From positions 64,001 through 128,000 of the IMG/VR virus record IMGVR_UViG_2840842423_000001: a stretch of DNA of 64,000 nucleotides. One strand, written 5' to 3'. The stretch is from a virus. Taxonomy: Duplodnaviria; Caudoviricetes. Below, in pieces: positions 62,638 to 64,000 of the stretch. The notes below the pieces were generated by a model. That model was not told the DNA's origin. It saw only the letters and a program-made list of their open reading frames with translations, and did no database searches. Both the position numbers and the translations under genes were made by a program. Position 1 is the stretch's first letter. The number at the start of each line of letters is the position of its first letter.

Positions 62638-64000
62638 AGTATAATTTAAAAGGAAATAATAACATATTGTCTCCTTTAGAACAAATATTACATAATCGAG
62701 GAGTCACAGATGTAGATGGATTCCTGAAAGCAGGAAGTGACCATAGCGTAACAAATCATTATTCTAAATTGGATAACATTGATAAAGCAGTAGATTGTCT
62801 ACTAAAGCATATTGGAGGTGATAACAACATCTGGGTGCAAGTAGACCCGGATGTTTAGTTGACGGATATACATCTTCCGCAATGTTAATTAATTACTTAC
62901 ATAAAATCAAACCAAGCATCAACATACAATATAGACAACAAGACGGAAAGGAACATGGTATTAATGCTAATCATGTTCCTTCTGGTGTAGATTTAGTGTT
63001 GCTTCCTGACTCTGGGAGTGCAGATTTTGCAGAACACAAGAAACTACGCGAACGTGGCATTGATATCATTGTACTTGATCACCATGAAGTAGAAAACAAT
63101 CAAGAATCGAAACATGCAATTGTAGTAAACAATCAATTGTCACCTAAATTTGATAATAATAGCTTCAGTGGTGCAGGTGTCACATTCAAGTTTCTGGAAG
63201 CATTAGATGACAGGTTAGAAGTAGACTATGCCAATACATATTTAGATTTATTAGCTTTAGGAATAATTGGCGACAGTATGCTAGTTTCAGAAAAAGAAAA
63301 TAGATACTACATTACAAAAGGATTAAAAAGAATAAAAAACCCTTTAGTAAAAGAGATATTAAAATCGCAAGAATATTCAACTGGTGGAGTGGTAGATATA
63401 ACCAGCATCTCATTTTTTATTAACCCACTGTTTAACGCAGTTGTCAGATCAGGAAGCAAAGAGGAAAAGAATCAGGTATTTGAAGCATTGCTAGGAGATG
63501 GTACTGAGGAAGTATACTATGAACGCGGGAAGAAATATGAACCTTTAACAACAAATACAGTGCGTATGATGAAGCGTGTACGTGTAAGACAAAACAAACT
63601 AAGAGACAAAGGTGTAGAAGCAATCGAAGAGAAAATTGCAGAAAAGAATCTGTTGAACAATAAAATATTGACTGTAGAGGTTACAAATGTTTTAGATCCC
63701 AATTTAAGTGGGTTGGTAGCCAATAGGCTTGCGCAGAGTTATAAGCGTCCAACATTGCTTGTTAGGTGGGATGATGACAATGCAACATTAAGTGGCAGCG
63801 CAAGAGGATATGAGAATGGTTATATTAAAGACCTTAAAGGATATTTAGATTCTATGAATCAGTTTATTTATCTTCGTGGACATCCTAATGCGCATGGCGT
63901 AAAAATCATTCCAAACAATCTCATAGAAGTAAACAATATGATAAACAAAGATTTGAAAAATATCGAGTTAGATACAGGCTCATACGATGTTGATTTTGAG
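62634..64000 (+). CDS. recJ: RecJ-like DHH ssDNA exonuclease (SPbeta YorK-like), interrupted by 5 extra nt at 62856-62860; runs off the window end
   Basis: Frame 1 ends VDPDV-TAG; second frame from 62861 reads DGYTSSAML..KEHG..LPDSG..VLDHHE..SGAGVT..GDS..SGSARG..GHPNAHG with no stop seen to 64000. Confidence 0.88.

Larger units (their letters stand above)
1..64000 (+). mobile_element. SPbeta-like large temperate phage/prophage (early, immunity and replication regions)
   Basis: Gene order yopP-yopQ-yopR-like, YopX, then SSB-like, AAA ATPase, YorH-like, DnaB helicase, primase and RecJ matches SPbeta synteny; dense co-oriented small ORFs; Firmicute RBS and sigmaA promoters; no host housekeeping genes. 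Confidence 0.88.

Noticed and set aside
62853-62860. Group I/II intron or intein in recJ
   Set aside because: Only 5 extra nt, no ribozyme core, and no 5-nt window fits the U-/-G splice rule
2993-63723. Minus-strand ORFs and short alternative-frame plus-strand ORFs in the ORF track
   Set aside because: They overlap longer + strand genes with RBS and recognisable motifs and show the hydrophobic/Ser-rich bias of antisense shadows

Overview
AT-rich 64-kb segment of a large SPbeta-like temperate phage or prophage of a Bacillaceae host. Essentially all real genes lie on the + strand. 1-17 kb: early or accessory arrays of small genes behind near-identical sigmaA promoters, including an LPD29-like polyvalent protein and a secreted PIG-L deacetylase. 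17.8-23.4 kb: lysogeny control module (XRE HTH, antirepressor, yopP/yopQ/yopR-like genes) with no aimR/aimP at the usual position. 24-30 kb: second small-gene array. Then tRNA(CAU), NAD-dependent ligase, a DUF6094-type methyltransferase + SNF2-like helicase pair, a PcfJ-like gene and an SF2 helicase module. The right end is the SPbeta-like replication region (yorF/G/H/I/J/K-like), with two free-standing endonucleases, an orphan DNA methyltransferase and a Tad1-like anti-Thoeris protein. Most notable unexplained signals: (1) about 27 copies of a palindromic WTAAAA-N6-TTTTAW site at junctions between small genes, plus a second nested site family, suggesting an integron-like gene-cassette system; (2) recJ interrupted inside its catalytic DxDxDG motif by GTT-TAG-TT, the geometry of a +5 ribosomal stop-hop; (3) one operator-like AT box used in two promoter architectures, and several genes that appear to start at ATC/ATT. 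All family assignments come from motif recognition by eye, not database searches.
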